From assembly GCF_963921235.1 (NCBI RefSeq), contig NC_086107.1, positions 60,450,001 through 60,514,000 of the forward strand: DNA of 64,000 nt, read 5' to 3'. This stretch comes from Mobula hypostoma. Lineage: Eukaryota. A program made the translations under genes and the position numbers. The notes under the pieces are model-generated. The model worked only from the letters and a program-made list of their open reading frames with translations. It was not told where the DNA came from and searched no databases. Numbering within the stretch: the first letter of the stretch is position 1; every line of letters begins with the position of its first letter. Shown here one piece after another: positions 1 through 12,082 of this stretch.

Positions 1-482
1 GTTGAAAGAGTACGGAGAAAATTTACAAGAACGTTGCCAGGTCTGGTGGAGCTGACATATAAGGAAAGATTAGAACTTTTGTCCTTGGAACATAGAAGAT
101 TGAAAGGAGATTTGATAGAGGTATACACAATTATGAGGGGTATAGATAGGGTAAATGCAAGCAGGCTTTTTTTCCACCAAGGTTGGATCGGACTACAACT
201 AGAGGTCATGGGTTAAGGGTAAAAGATGGAAAAGTTAAGGGGAACATGAGGGGAAACTTCTTTATTCAGAGGGTCGTGAGAATGAAGAATGAGCTGCCAG
301 CATACGTGGTGCGTGCAAGCTGTATTTTAAAGTTTAAGAGAAGTTTGGATAGGTACAGTACATAGATGGTAGGGGTATGGAGGGCTATGGTTCCAGTGCA
401 GGCTGATGGGAGTTTAAATAGCTTGGCATGGACTAGGTGGGCCGAATGGTCTGTATCTGTACTTTTCATTGACTCTATGACC
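1..482 (+). mobile_element. CR1 LINE 3' fragment
   Basis: Frameshifted ORF2 C-terminus (SLEHRRLKGDLIEVY, RGHGLRVK, GNFFIQRVV) and a gactctat-type tail. Confidence 0.9.
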
Positions 483-1967
483 TCTCTCCTCTCTTCTTCC
501 ATTCCCATTCTGGTTTCCAGTGGGCTAGGTTAAAGTGTCAATCTTATTTAAATTCTTAAGGCTAGAAGATCCGAAACTCAGCTTTTTCATATCTGGAGGC
601 CCCTGAATGACAGGGAATAAGAAGAATAATGTTGATTTAAATATTTGAAATGATAACATTAAAACATATTTTATGTATGTTATGTAAATATACTATGTGT
701 ATCAATTTAATGCAGAATAATATTATATGAGAAAACATTTGAATGGACGGTAACTGTGAAAATGAAAACATTTGTAGCACGTTATACATATTAATACATG
801 TGTACAACAGAAGCTGGTGTTTATGCTGGTAGTCCATGACAGTGAGTGCAATTATTAAGCTGCATACGCTGCAGAATAAAGGGATGGTTGTAAACTTTCT
901 GAACAAAGTGGAGATTCAGAAGGCTGGGGCATGTAGTATAAGAATGGAATAATCAACCTAAGAAGAAGTGTGACGACACAAAATCATGGCAGAGTTGGGC
1001 CAAAGATGTCTTTGATGCTGTAAGGCTCTTTGACTCTAGGACAAAACTAATTACTTTTGAAATACATTATGAGGTAACCACAAAAATATAAGAAAATATA
1101 GAACGTCATTTCTCTAGTGAAAAGCAGGAAAATCCCAAACGTCAAGCACACGTTTTACCATCATTGAAGATCCTGGAAGTAATAATGGTTTATTTTTTCA
1201 GCCCCACCCAAGGTTGCTATTTAAAATGTTTTCACTAGAGAATGCTGAAATCCCTCATTTAGGTCAAGATCTAGTTTATGCACTAAACTGTTATTTCAGG
1301 ATCAGTCATTCATCTCAATTACAATCCAGATAGCAATGGTATTTTAATGCAATTACATAACTGAAATCTTGGTTTAAACAAATTACCATCCTTTCATGTA
1401 AAAAAATGGGTTTTATGCCCAAGCTACTTTCAGCCTAGGCTCCTGAGCAGATACTCATTTTGAATGCAAATGCACAGAAAAACAGAAAATGCATCAGCAT
1501 GCTTAGCTAAAACCTCTATCAACATTTCTACACTTGCTCATTTCACAGCCTTCAGAAGCTGGAGGGGTATTTTAACACGTTACACTTCAGAAGCTTCTAT
1601 TGATGGATTTTTTCTTAGCTTTGCTGGGTGTTGGAAGGACATGCAGAACATTATTTTGGGATTTCCATCATCTACAATTCCAGCATGTTACATTCCAACC
1701 AGTCTCAGAAATGTAAGGCTTTCCTTATTATGGCTGGGACAAAACTGCGAGCTCCCTAACAAAAAAACACTTGTAGAAGTACCATTGCCATGAGAACTAG
1801 AATCGTTCAAGAAGCATGGTATGGGTATAGTAGGGTAAGCAGCCTGTGTCTGTGTTCCACCACTCTGCAGCTCTACTGGGTTCATTTGTGGGAACACTTT
1901 ATCCAGCCTTCCCAGCGATGGATGGTTAATAACAGATATTGCAAATGGTGTTCTTCACATGTCTTAC

Positions 1968-2103
1968 CATGAAAAATGGTAAACTTCAAAAATGGCATAA
2001 AGGTGAGTGAATTCCAGCACCACCTGATCCGTAATGTCCATCCAATCCTGAATCTCTGGATCTCCGTGAAGTAAATGAACTTTGGAACGGGCCAGAGTAA
2101 AAC
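1968..2103 (-). CDS. PIDD1: PIDD1 coding exon 9 (second HFS autoproteolysis site); gene continues beyond the window start
   Basis: ccaag acceptor, TG|GTAAGA donor, 136 nt. GFTLARSKVHLLHGDPEIQDWMDITDQVVLEFTHLYAIFEVYHFSW. The ORF track shows a different frame. No UPA/death-domain exon was recognised in 1-1967. Confidence 0.95.
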
Positions 2104-3375
2104 CTTGGTCAAAGATTTTGTTGAAGAAATACAAAATTAGTTTTAATACTTCTTCTTTTAAAAAAAATGACTATCATTACTGATTCTAAATAGGCTACAG
2201 AACATGAACAGTGAATGATTCAGACAATGTACTTTAAAATGACACCAGTTTTGAATTCCTTATTACTCAGATTAGGACAGACATGCAAAAGTTCTCAACC
2301 ACGGGCACGCCCTCTTAGCTAGAGGACGATGCATGGCTCTCAAGAGTTTGGGGGGGGGGAAGAAATCATAACTGGAATAACAAACGAGGAAATAAATATT
2401 AAGTATCATTTTAGGTAGCATTTACTTGTGAAATTGTTTCTTAAGTCAAGGACACCAGAATGATCTCTCATTCATTTTGATTATCAGCATCTATAAACAG
2501 TTCTACTAGGAGAGAATAGTGAGACGTGGCGTAGTTCTCTAATACTCTGACAATGGTGAACCTTTAACATAGTCTGCCTGTACTGGGAGATACTTTTTTG
2601 ATAACTGCAGCAGCCATCCTAGTGACCATTCTGAAAATGCTTTGTGCACCCAAACCTAAATTTCTTTCTGACTTGACAAAGAAGGCATGCATAAAACAGG
2701 AGACTGATTAGTTCATAATTAGGTCATTGGAAAAGTTACGTTAATGGTGGACTTCAGTGAAATATACATTTTTAATGCCCAAATGACTTGGTGTCTGATG
2801 TGGTAATGGCAAGATTGTTAAACTTGTCATTCCTCAGTGGAACAGCAATTGCAGAACCCGCAACATAATCAGGTATTCAGAAATACTACAAATCAATAGA
2901 TCTTTGATCTACTGATCATCCTTAAAGTTACAAAGACTCAAAATGGATACAATCCAAACTGAGCAAATAGCACCATTCTAACAAAGTAGTACAAGTGTGA
3001 CTACATCTTACAAATCTGGCATTCCTCTGCTCCAAAGTGAGCAGCTATGGCTTCTCCATTTAATAACGGTCCTGGTGAATGCTCTTTGCACTCTCTCCAA
3101 AGCACTGATTTCCATCTTAAATCAAGATGTCCAGAATTGGCCACAGTTATTCAAGTGGATTTATTCTTCGGTTTTGTGTCATAGTTTTATGGAACCCTTG
3201 ACTTCATAAACAAAGATTGCTAAGTAATTTATCGGCAGCCTTCTCATAGTGTATTGCTGCCATCAAAGTTTTGATAGACGGCATCCCAAGTCTCCGTTCT
3301 AGCATTCACTTTAAAATTTCATCACTTAGATTTGAAACTACCAACTAACATTAACCAGTGTCTCAGAACACTGAC

Positions 3376-3523
3376 CTGAGATCCCAGAGGGCAATGGAAG
3401 CTGAATCGTAACTGGTTTCAGAAAGTCATCCATTGAGCTTTGTGACAGACAGAGCAGAGGGCTTGCAAGAGAGTCCTGATCATCCGTGAGCTCATGTAAC
3501 TCCTCTACAGTAACAGGGAACAC
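3376..3523 (-). CDS. PIDD1: PIDD1 coding exon 8 (ZU5-2)
   Basis: catag acceptor, G|GTCAGT donor, 148 nt. VFPVTVEEL...ASPLLCLSQS...FLKPVTIQLPLPSGIS. Confidence 0.93.
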
Positions 3524-3693
3524 CTATGTTTGAATTCAAGGCAATGTTAGAAGCATCAAGCCAAACAAAAAGAGAAGCAATTAGGGAAAAAATACAATTT
3601 TGATGGAAGGCATTCATTCCCTTCACTGGAGGATGGAGCTGATTCAGACATGGTTGTATTCTTAGTGCTCCAAATGAAATACGTAGCACAAAC

Positions 3694-3876
3694 CTGCATT
3701 TTCACAGTGCGCGTCTCATTCACTGCCCCGGATGGAAAGATCACCTTGATATTAGGATCCACAGAAGAGAACAGTCGGGTTCCTTCAGTTGGGACAGTGC
3801 ACTTATTCTCCTTCAGTCGTGAAATAACGATGAACCAGGAGAAATGGAGCACGCTGCAACTGGCCAAGCGTCGTGA
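3694..3876 (-). CDS. PIDD1: PIDD1 coding exon 7 (first HFS autoproteolysis site, start of ZU5-2)
   Basis: ctatgcag acceptor, CAG|GTTTGT donor, 183 nt. SRRLASCSVLHFSWFIVISR...KVIFPSGAVNETRTVKMQ. Confidence 0.95.
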
Positions 3877-6859
3877 CTGCATAGAAAACGGTAGTTTTAC
3901 AAAAAAATACATTGTTAAAACATAGCTGGAAGTATGCAAATTTTAACAAATTTTAATCCATAAACTGTTTCTAGACTGAAAAATTCTGGCCTTTGTGATA
4001 TATTCAACAAAAAAAATCCTCAACATTAAATATAGTAGTTGTACAAACACTTCTTCCCTACTTCACTCACAGCAGCATGCAATATAGAAAGAGGTGCCTT
4101 GTCTATGCTGATAATCCAGTCCCTATTTATACCAATCCCATTGCTCCGTAACTTTGCAAATGAAGTGCTCGTCCAAGTGCTACTTAAATGTGTTGGTGTT
4201 ACTGCTGTCTCTGTTGCAATTAGCTATGAGATAATGTAGGGAAATTGGAGAAGAAAATGTTTAATTTGATTTTACTAGTAGTAGGAATGACAAAGTTTTC
4301 TCTAAGTATTGTTGCCAATGGTTTTGAAAAAAAAACATCAGAGCACAATGGAAGATAATGGATCTTAATCTTGTATTGGAAAGTAGAGTTAATTCTACAG
4401 CCAATAGGAAAATATCCCTCATGTGCTTTCTCCTGGCACTAGGGAACTCTGTTGTAACCATAGGAACTCCATCACCATGACTACTATTAAAGAATTCTGT
4501 GACATCATCCAAACGATAGAAACAAATGTTAAGTAGCTCAGTAGTGTCAGCAACCGACAGGAAACAACACCCCAATGTACAATTACCAGAATAAACCAGA
4601 TAGAGCAAACATTCTCAAGCCAGATCATGTTCAAACAGGGGGAGAACATGTGCAGTCCCCAACAACGATAGCCAATTGTATTATGAAGATGACAGAATTC
4701 GTAAGACATACTGTGGAGCAAAACATGAAATAAGCTAATGCCACAAAGACCCAACATAGCATGCAGCAGACAATCTTTCTTCAAATTAAATACCACACTT
4801 TACAATGATTAATCTACTTGCAAAAGAAATCTGCCCAAGTTACTTACAACTGTATTCGTGGAGATCTGCTTCATTAATGAAATCATTAATGTATTCAGCT
4901 AATTAATCCAATGTCATGTGCATGTCTGATCAATATAATCAGCCATCAGAAAGGATATAATGTACTTACTATGACTCCTTTATATTTTTCTAGCAATAAT
5001 GTTCCTGGAAGCACTTGATGGCCCTCCACTCTACTACAGTAAACTCACTCATCTGGAATTTATGCATCTGTATTCACGCAGTTGCATCGCAATTTTGTAA
5101 CTAGCGAAGGTTTTAAGGATATTGAACAACTTCATAATTAGTTTCAAAATGTAAATTTGAATATTGCACAACTGAAAAGCACCATACTGCCCATTTGATA
5201 TTTAGAATTCTGTGATCTTGTTTTAACTAGTAGTCTAGTCAGGCTAAGATATGAGTAAAAAGGCAATTCCGAGCCTACATTTTATTTCATCTTCATGAGA
5301 GGACACTTTTTTTCCAAGTATTATACAAAGTAAGTGTGAGAAGGCATTGGAAAGCGGTGCAGATGCAGGCTAAACAGCAGTGACACTCCTGACCATTTGG
5401 TCCTTTGCGTGACTGTGAGTACAGACATTCATTAAATTTACTTTTTGATGTATACAGCATGGAGCTCGACTTGTGAGTTCTTCCAGCAGTTTGTGTTTGT
5501 TTGTTAATGCTAATTAGTCTTAAAAACATAATAGTAGTGTAAATCAATACTTAAAATGGTAAGGAGATAACATATAGTTTAATAATTTATTTAATGCCTT
5601 AAACCTAGAATACTAGTGCGTGATGTACAGTAATTTTTAAGCAATTCTCATGTTGCATGATAGTTTTTGTCTTTTAAAGGTTATTTCCCATTAAAGCTCC
5701 AATGATCATATTGTATTTCTAAATCCTACAGCACTAATTTCATCATGTATGTAACATTAATACCTAGCAAAAATAGAACAGAGCCCACCATACTTTTTTT
5801 TTGCTATTTTGTTTACTCAGCTCTCGTCTGCTGTCTATAAGCCATGCACTTGACCTGCACAATGAGAAAGGATTTCATGCACAGAAGATGGACACACCAG
5901 GCTCCCCACAAAACATGCACAAAATCTCACCCCAATCCCACTGCAATCTTAAGCAATTCAACTAATACATCTTAGTAGTGTTGTGTTAACTGAGGAGAAG
6001 GGATTCACAGCACTTCTACCGTGTCAGGTTACACTAATGCAGAAGTTATGAAGCAACTCAAGCAGACATTTGCAAGGCTTGTGATTTTACAGGGGAGGTG
6101 GTCAACCAATCAATCGGCTCTTGTGCGAACTCTGACCTGCTCCATGACTCCTGGTGTAGGAAAAAAACTGTTCATTCACTGTATCAGACAGCAACTTCAT
6201 GTCAAGAGTGGCTTGTGGACAATGCTGCCTCCTTGTGGAGGGTGTGCTTTCACAACATGGCCACAGCAGACGAGCACAGTGCTAACAAATCTCAAGAAGC
6301 TTGCACCATCAGGATAAAGCAGCCTACTTGACTGGCACCCATCCACCATCTGAAATATTCATTCCTTCTAACACTGGCACACCTACAAAATGAGGTAAAG
6401 TTACTTGCCCAGGCTACTCCAAAAGCACATCCCAAACCCACAATCTCTATCAACAGGAAAGATAAAGGCAGTAGGTGCATAGAAAAACCACCAGCTTCAA
6501 GTTCCCCTCTTAATTACACACCATCAGGATTTTGAAATATATTACTCCTTCTCCGATGTTACTAACATTCCAGGAACTTCCTCCCCTTGAGCTCTGTGGG
6601 AGTTGTTCCACTAAAAGTTTTGCATTAGTTCAAAAAGGCATATCACCAGTCCTCCTCATGCGGTATTAGAAATGGCCAATAATTGCTGGCCATACCCGTT
6701 GATGAAAATGAATGAAAGATAAGCCAATCACCTCCACATTTCTATTTTAACTAGTTCCAAATTTTTCTGCACAAATGCCTTGACTGGCATAATTTGATTT
6801 GCTTCCAGGTCTAACAAAGATATTATACACGTAATTAACAGCAACCTATGAAGTGAGTA

Positions 6860-7776
6860 CAGTCGGCCCTCCTTATCCGCGAGGGATTGGTTCGGGGGCC
6901 CCTCACGGATACCAAAAAAGACGGATGCTCAGGTCCCTTATTCAACCTGTCTCAATGCGGTGGACATTAGGACCCAGCGGAACCCCGGACCCTATTTAAC
7001 CTGTCTCAGTGCGGTGGGCATTAGGACCCGGCGGCGGCACTCTGAATCTGCAGTGTTTCTGTTCATGAAAATAATCACCACCACAATTGAAAATAAAGAG
7101 GAAATAATAAAGCGATCAGAAAGAGGTGAAACGCCATCAATCATTGGAAAAGCGTTAGGCTACAGTTGGTCAATGATTGGAACAATTTTAAAGGATAAAA
7201 TGAGAAAGGCCCTGCCCGATTAAAGCTACAATTATTACTAAGCAACTCAGTGGTTTAATTATTGGGTTTTGGGGTTTTGGGTTTTTGATCCTCCACATCA
7301 ACCCAGCAGGGATGGAGAGCGTGGTCGGGAGAGATCAGTCACTGGATCGAACTCAGGAACTTCCGTTCCCGAGCCCAGCGCTGAAACATACGTTTCTTCA
7401 GTGTTTTATATGCATAGAAAGGTAAAATATATACTATATACTAAGACAAACGTTTGACTAACTGACGCTAAGTAATACCGGATGCACCTGTTCAGACTTA
7501 CTTAGTAAGAGAACTTTTTTTTTCGATCNNNNNNNNNNNNNNNNNNNNNNNNNNNNNNNNNNNNNNNNNNNNNNNNNNNNNNNNNNNNNNNNNNNNNNNN
7601 NNNNNNNNNNNNNNNNNNNNNNNNNNNNNNNNNNNNNNNNNNNNNNNNNNNNNNNNNNNNNNNNNNNNNNNNNNNNNNNNNNNNNNNNNNNNGCTGGAAG
7701 AACACTTCTGGGTTTTCTCGATTCGCGGTTGGTTGAATTCACGCATGTGGAACTCGCGGATAAGGAGGACCGACTG
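6860..7776 (+). mobile_element. Tigger/pogo-type non-autonomous DNA transposon (contains a 163-N gap, 7529-7691)
   Basis: TIRs CAGTCGGCCCTCCTTATCCGCGAG / CTCGCGGATAAGGAGGACCGACTG with TA on both sides. Remnant CENP-B-type HTH (TIENKEEIIKRSERGE...IGTILKDK). Confidence 0.88.
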
Positions 7777-7889
7777 TAATACTAAAAAGTACACCTCTAA
7801 CATTTACTATTTGAAGAATAGATCAATTGAAAAATCTTCCAACGTTAAATACACTTTTATAATTATGAGCATAACTAATTACCCAGTAC

Positions 7890-8000
7890 CTTAGAAATCT
7901 TGGTCTCCAAATTATTCCAGCTTCCGTTGAACGTTCGCATCACAACTTCTCTTTTGTGGTCAGAACGAGAAGAAATATATGGCATCCAAATAACCACTTC
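7890..8000 (-). CDS. PIDD1: PIDD1 coding exon 6 (ZU5-1)
   Basis: ttgtacag acceptor, AAG|GTACTG donor, 111 nt, phase 0-0. EVVIWMPY...REVVMRTFNGSWNNLETKISK. Confidence 0.9.
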
Positions 8001-8428
8001 CTGTACAAAGGGAAAATTGTCACAGTAATAAAGTCCTATGGCAAAGAAACAGGCCCTTGTACCCAACACGTCCATGGGTAATCTATACTAATCCTATTTG
8101 CATGCATTAGGGTTATATTCTTCTATGCCTTACATCAGGCATTGAACAATAACCTGCCTTATAAGGTTATGTTTATGTCCAATCAATGTGGTCTGAATTA
8201 CAGTTTACCATTAAAACCCAAAAGTCAACCAATACTCCCCCAATACAGACTCGACACAAATCAGACATTCAGTTCACAATGTCTGATTAGGGAAAAAAAA
8301 GGGAAATTCCTCTTGCAACCCGTAGTGCCTAGCTGTATGCAATTCACCATTGCTAAGCTCTAAAACAAATTTAAAAACATTTTGCGATATACTATCATCC
8401 CTCACTACAACAATTATCTGAGGCTATA

Positions 8429-9243
8429 CAGTGGATTCTGGTTAATTGGGACACATTGGGACCAGTACATTTTGGCCCAATTAAGCAGCTGTCCTAATTA
8501 GCCAAAGGTTCATGGAATTGTTAAAAAGCTATAAAAAAGCCAAACTGTTTGAGTAAAATTTGTGTATTTAAATGAAATACAGAAAATACTGAAAGACTAC
8601 GTGTATCTCTACAGTACTATAAAACTGCATACTAGTTCCTAATGTTATTGATGGGAGGAATTCATCTGATGTATGCTACCATGTTATTTTGATTTACTGT
8701 AAATGAACAAAATTTCCTAGCGCAGATAATGAACTGGTGTGACTCAATGCTTTTGACAATTGCACCTTCCAAATCTTCATGTTCATTGAAACATTCAAGA
8801 AGATTCTCGATACCTTTAAACTCTTCGCAATTCTTAACTTGTTGAAAGAGGGAACTTTCTTTCATTTTCACTCCTGGCCATTTCTGGAATCTCCAATCCT
8901 GAATGCTTGAAACCACAGTAAGCAAAACAATTCCAAATTGTCTTACTGCTTATTTCTTGCCAATTATCAGTGACAAAAATCACTACTTTTTGAACAGAAA
9001 CACATGCAAGTAAAACAGTTTACTCTAAGTATGACGCAGTGTCTAATGGCCACACAAGTACATGTGACTGATGCTAGTTGGAAGCTGTTTGGCAACTGTC
9101 TCCTGCCCTAATTAAACAGCATAGTGTCCCAAATAAACCAAGGGAATCTCAATTATTTTCTTGATTAGTTTTTGTTGTTAAGAGTTGTCCTAAATAAGCG
9201 GCTGCCTCGATTAACCGCTGGCCTAATTAACTGGAATCTACTG
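8429..9243. mobile_element. Tigger-like MITE
   Basis: Imperfect TIRs CAGTGGATTCTGGTTAATTGGG / CCTAATTAACTGGAATCTACTG, flanked by TA and TG. Confidence 0.75.
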
Positions 9244-9382
9244 TGCTAATATAAATTAGACCTAGTAATTTCAAAAGGATTCTCATCAGAATAATTCATG
9301 CGTATTAAAAAGCACTGACCACCCTACTACAAGCAATTCCAGGAAAAATACCAACATACGTGTTTAGATGACGAGTTCGTAC

Positions 9383-9584
9383 CTTTTTAAATTGTATACC
9401 GTGAGGAAGTAGTTCCAGAACAGGGCTCAGTAAGAAGTCATGATGCTTGAGTTTCACCTGCTGAGGGTCTGGGGCTATGACATTGCAAGAGATCACCGTC
9501 ATCAAAGAAACAGCCTCAGGTGGGAAATTGATTTCAATTCCGCAGGGCAAAGCAACATTGCAACCCTCAGCAGTAATAGTGAAG
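9383..9584 (-). CDS. PIDD1: PIDD1 coding exon 5 (ZU5-1)
   Basis: ttccag acceptor, AAG|GTACGA donor, 202 nt. FTITAEGCNVALPCGIEINFPPEA...DFLLSPVLELLPHGIQFKK. Confidence 0.93.
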
Positions 9585-9670
9585 CTGGAACATTTCAAAA
9601 TAGTACATTTAGCTTTCATAGTGCATCTAAATGAAATGGCTAATTCAATCAGGCAATAACTGACCAGTAC

Positions 9671-9725
9671 CTCTCTGTATTAGATGGAAGGTTTCGGATA
9701 GCGATTTCTTTTGGTTTGTCGTGGT
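9671..9725 (-). CDS. PIDD1: PIDD1 coding exon 4 (55-nt linker)
   Basis: Polypyrimidine tract with acag acceptor, donor AG|GTACTG. Phase 1-2 joins the flanking exons in frame (DHDKPKEIAIRNLPSNTES). Not in the ORF track. Confidence 0.85.
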
Positions 9726-10517
9726 CTGTGTAAAATGAGAAAACAAACGGAACGTTAAATGAAATATTACCAACTCATTCATATTGATTATTGCTAAATG
9801 ATTTCAAGACCTCTTTGAAAACTGCCAGCAAATAATGGACGCTGCATAGGGACAGTCCTGGAAAATAATTTCCCACTTCATTAATAGAACTGTCCCATTA
9901 CACAAATGAAACAAAATGTTGAAGAGCTTGCAGAGAAATATGTGAACCATTTGACCCTAAAATTACAATCTTCACCTGTTATGGTATTCAGCTTCATGCT
10001 GGCTAATGGAGGGAAAACATCAACTGATGGAAGTAATAAATTAACACACAAACACAGAAATCCTATTTTTAACAATTTAGTAATGTAAATACTAAAATCA
10101 AATTTTTCTTGTTACCCTCAGTTGTACTAAGTAAATGTCCAACATTTTTTAAAGTTAAGATCCTGTGCCATTGCCCACAGTGCAAAGCAATCCTAAATCA
10201 TTTATGGAAGATGGAATACTGTGTTCTGTTGCCTCTGACTTATAACTATAATTTATTTTAGGGATTTTCCTAGATGTAGTATTCTTTAATCATTTCTTCA
10301 TTACACTGGTGTGACTCCCTTGGACCCACACAAATATTGCAGTACGTTTTGGAGAATTGTGAAGAAGCCACAATTCCTCATTCACTCTGCAACCCTCAAG
10401 GGTATCAGGAAACAGAAAAGCAGAATGTATTGCCCTCTGGTGGCACATTTAATTCAGTACCATAAAACAGACAAAGCAGAACACTGAAAACTTCTTAAGC
10501 AATCCCATAAAGTCAAG

Positions 10518-10584
10518 CAACACACATCAAAGTTGCTGGTGAACGATTGAATTTCCAGCATCTGCAGAATTCCTGTTGTTTGTA
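10518..10584. mobile_element. Miniature Penelope-derived insertion with 13-bp TSD
   Basis: CCATAAAGTCAAG at 10505-10517 and 10585-10597 flanks an inverted head plus the element tail (ttgaatttccagcatctgcaga). Confidence 0.8.
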
Positions 10585-12082
10585 CCATAAAGTCAAGTAT
10601 GACTTGCTTCCACTCCACTTCTCTGGGCTCAAAGGTCAACCTGGAAACCTCAGACTCTGCTACAGAGAGGCCGGGGGTACTTGACTGGGGACATGGATGG
10701 GAGGATGGATGGTTGGTTGCTCTTTATGGAATTGGAATTGCTTTATTATTGTCACATGTACTAAAGTACAGTGAGAACTTGTCTTGCATGTAGTTCATAT
10801 AAATCAAATCATTACACAGTGCATTACTGAGCTTAAGTTACTCCAAAGGGACACAAGGTTTTCAATGCCATCCTGAAGGCTCCTTCTCCATTTTGAGCAG
10901 CCACAGGCCAGAGATTCCAACACATTGAAGAGGTTAATTTGTTTCAAGGAGGCTTTGAGAACATCCTTGAAATATCTCCACCTGATAATAATTTTTCCCA
11001 TGACAGAGCTTGGAGTACGATATGCATTTTGAGAGTACGGTGTGAGATATCTGAACAATATTCCCACTGATTGACTGTAATTAGGGCTTCACCGCTGGGA
11101 ATGTCAGCTCTGGGAGAGGACGCTAATATCACTTCACCTACAATTTATTTGAATAATTCTATGGAGCGGTCGTAAGAATTTAGTGTCTTGAGCACCCTTT
11201 GAACTGCATTTTCCAACATCTGAAGAACAAACTACCTTTGCACGAGAATAAAATAAAGAGCAAGTCATATCAAAGCTACTTCAGCATCAGTCCTACTTTA
11301 GGGTAGTACAGAATCAAACACATTTTTTCAATATTTTATCCGTGAATAATTCTGAACCTGCAATCATAAGGTGTGATGAGAAATTGGGTTAATTGTTAAA
11401 GAGTTGAGGGGTTATTATGTAATAACTATACACAAAAATGTAATTCGTGTAAAATGTGACAAAGATCTCTGATTCTGGAATGAGCTGAGAAGAAACTACA
11501 GACCGAAACTGTCTGTAAATATCTCTTCATTAAAGTAAACTTTCCATGCAGTTACCATTAATGTAATCAGCAGTGACTTATAAAGGTTCCATTCAAAGAC
11601 AAGGCTTATTAGAAGTCTACGGTCATTAACCAGCTAGAGACAAAGGGACATGAGCAATTGTTCACAAGATTGGAGATATGCAGGAAGAAAGGTGTAGGAA
11701 CTGTGTGAATGATCTGTGTCAAAGAGATAACGGTAACAAATGGCCACCCTATCACTTACGTGGAATTGAAAGGACATTTGGAATATTAATGGCAGTGGCA
11801 TTGAAATCAAGTAGACTTTTTTAAAGACTGACTGGTGTTTAACTGAGCAATGAAATTAAGCACAGAACTACACTTCAGGAGAAAACAAAATAGAGAGCAG
11901 ACTGTAGACAATGTCACTGTATCAAAGGACCCCCACACATTGAGAGATGTGACCTATTTGTCATCTACTACCTGAATTTTTCAACTTAATAAATTCTCAA
12001 ACTTATTAAGACATGAGAGAATACAACCAATTAAGTGTGACATTAGGAAAGTGTGTATGGAACTGGAGGAGATAGCTGGGGT

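Noticed and set aside
4261-4796. Two overlapping minus-strand ORFs as an extra PIDD1 exon
   Set aside because: No recognisable homology, and the flanking exons already splice in frame with the expected ZU5 sequence.
7458-7803. ORFs containing X runs
   Set aside because: Artefact of the assembly gap (N 7529-7691).
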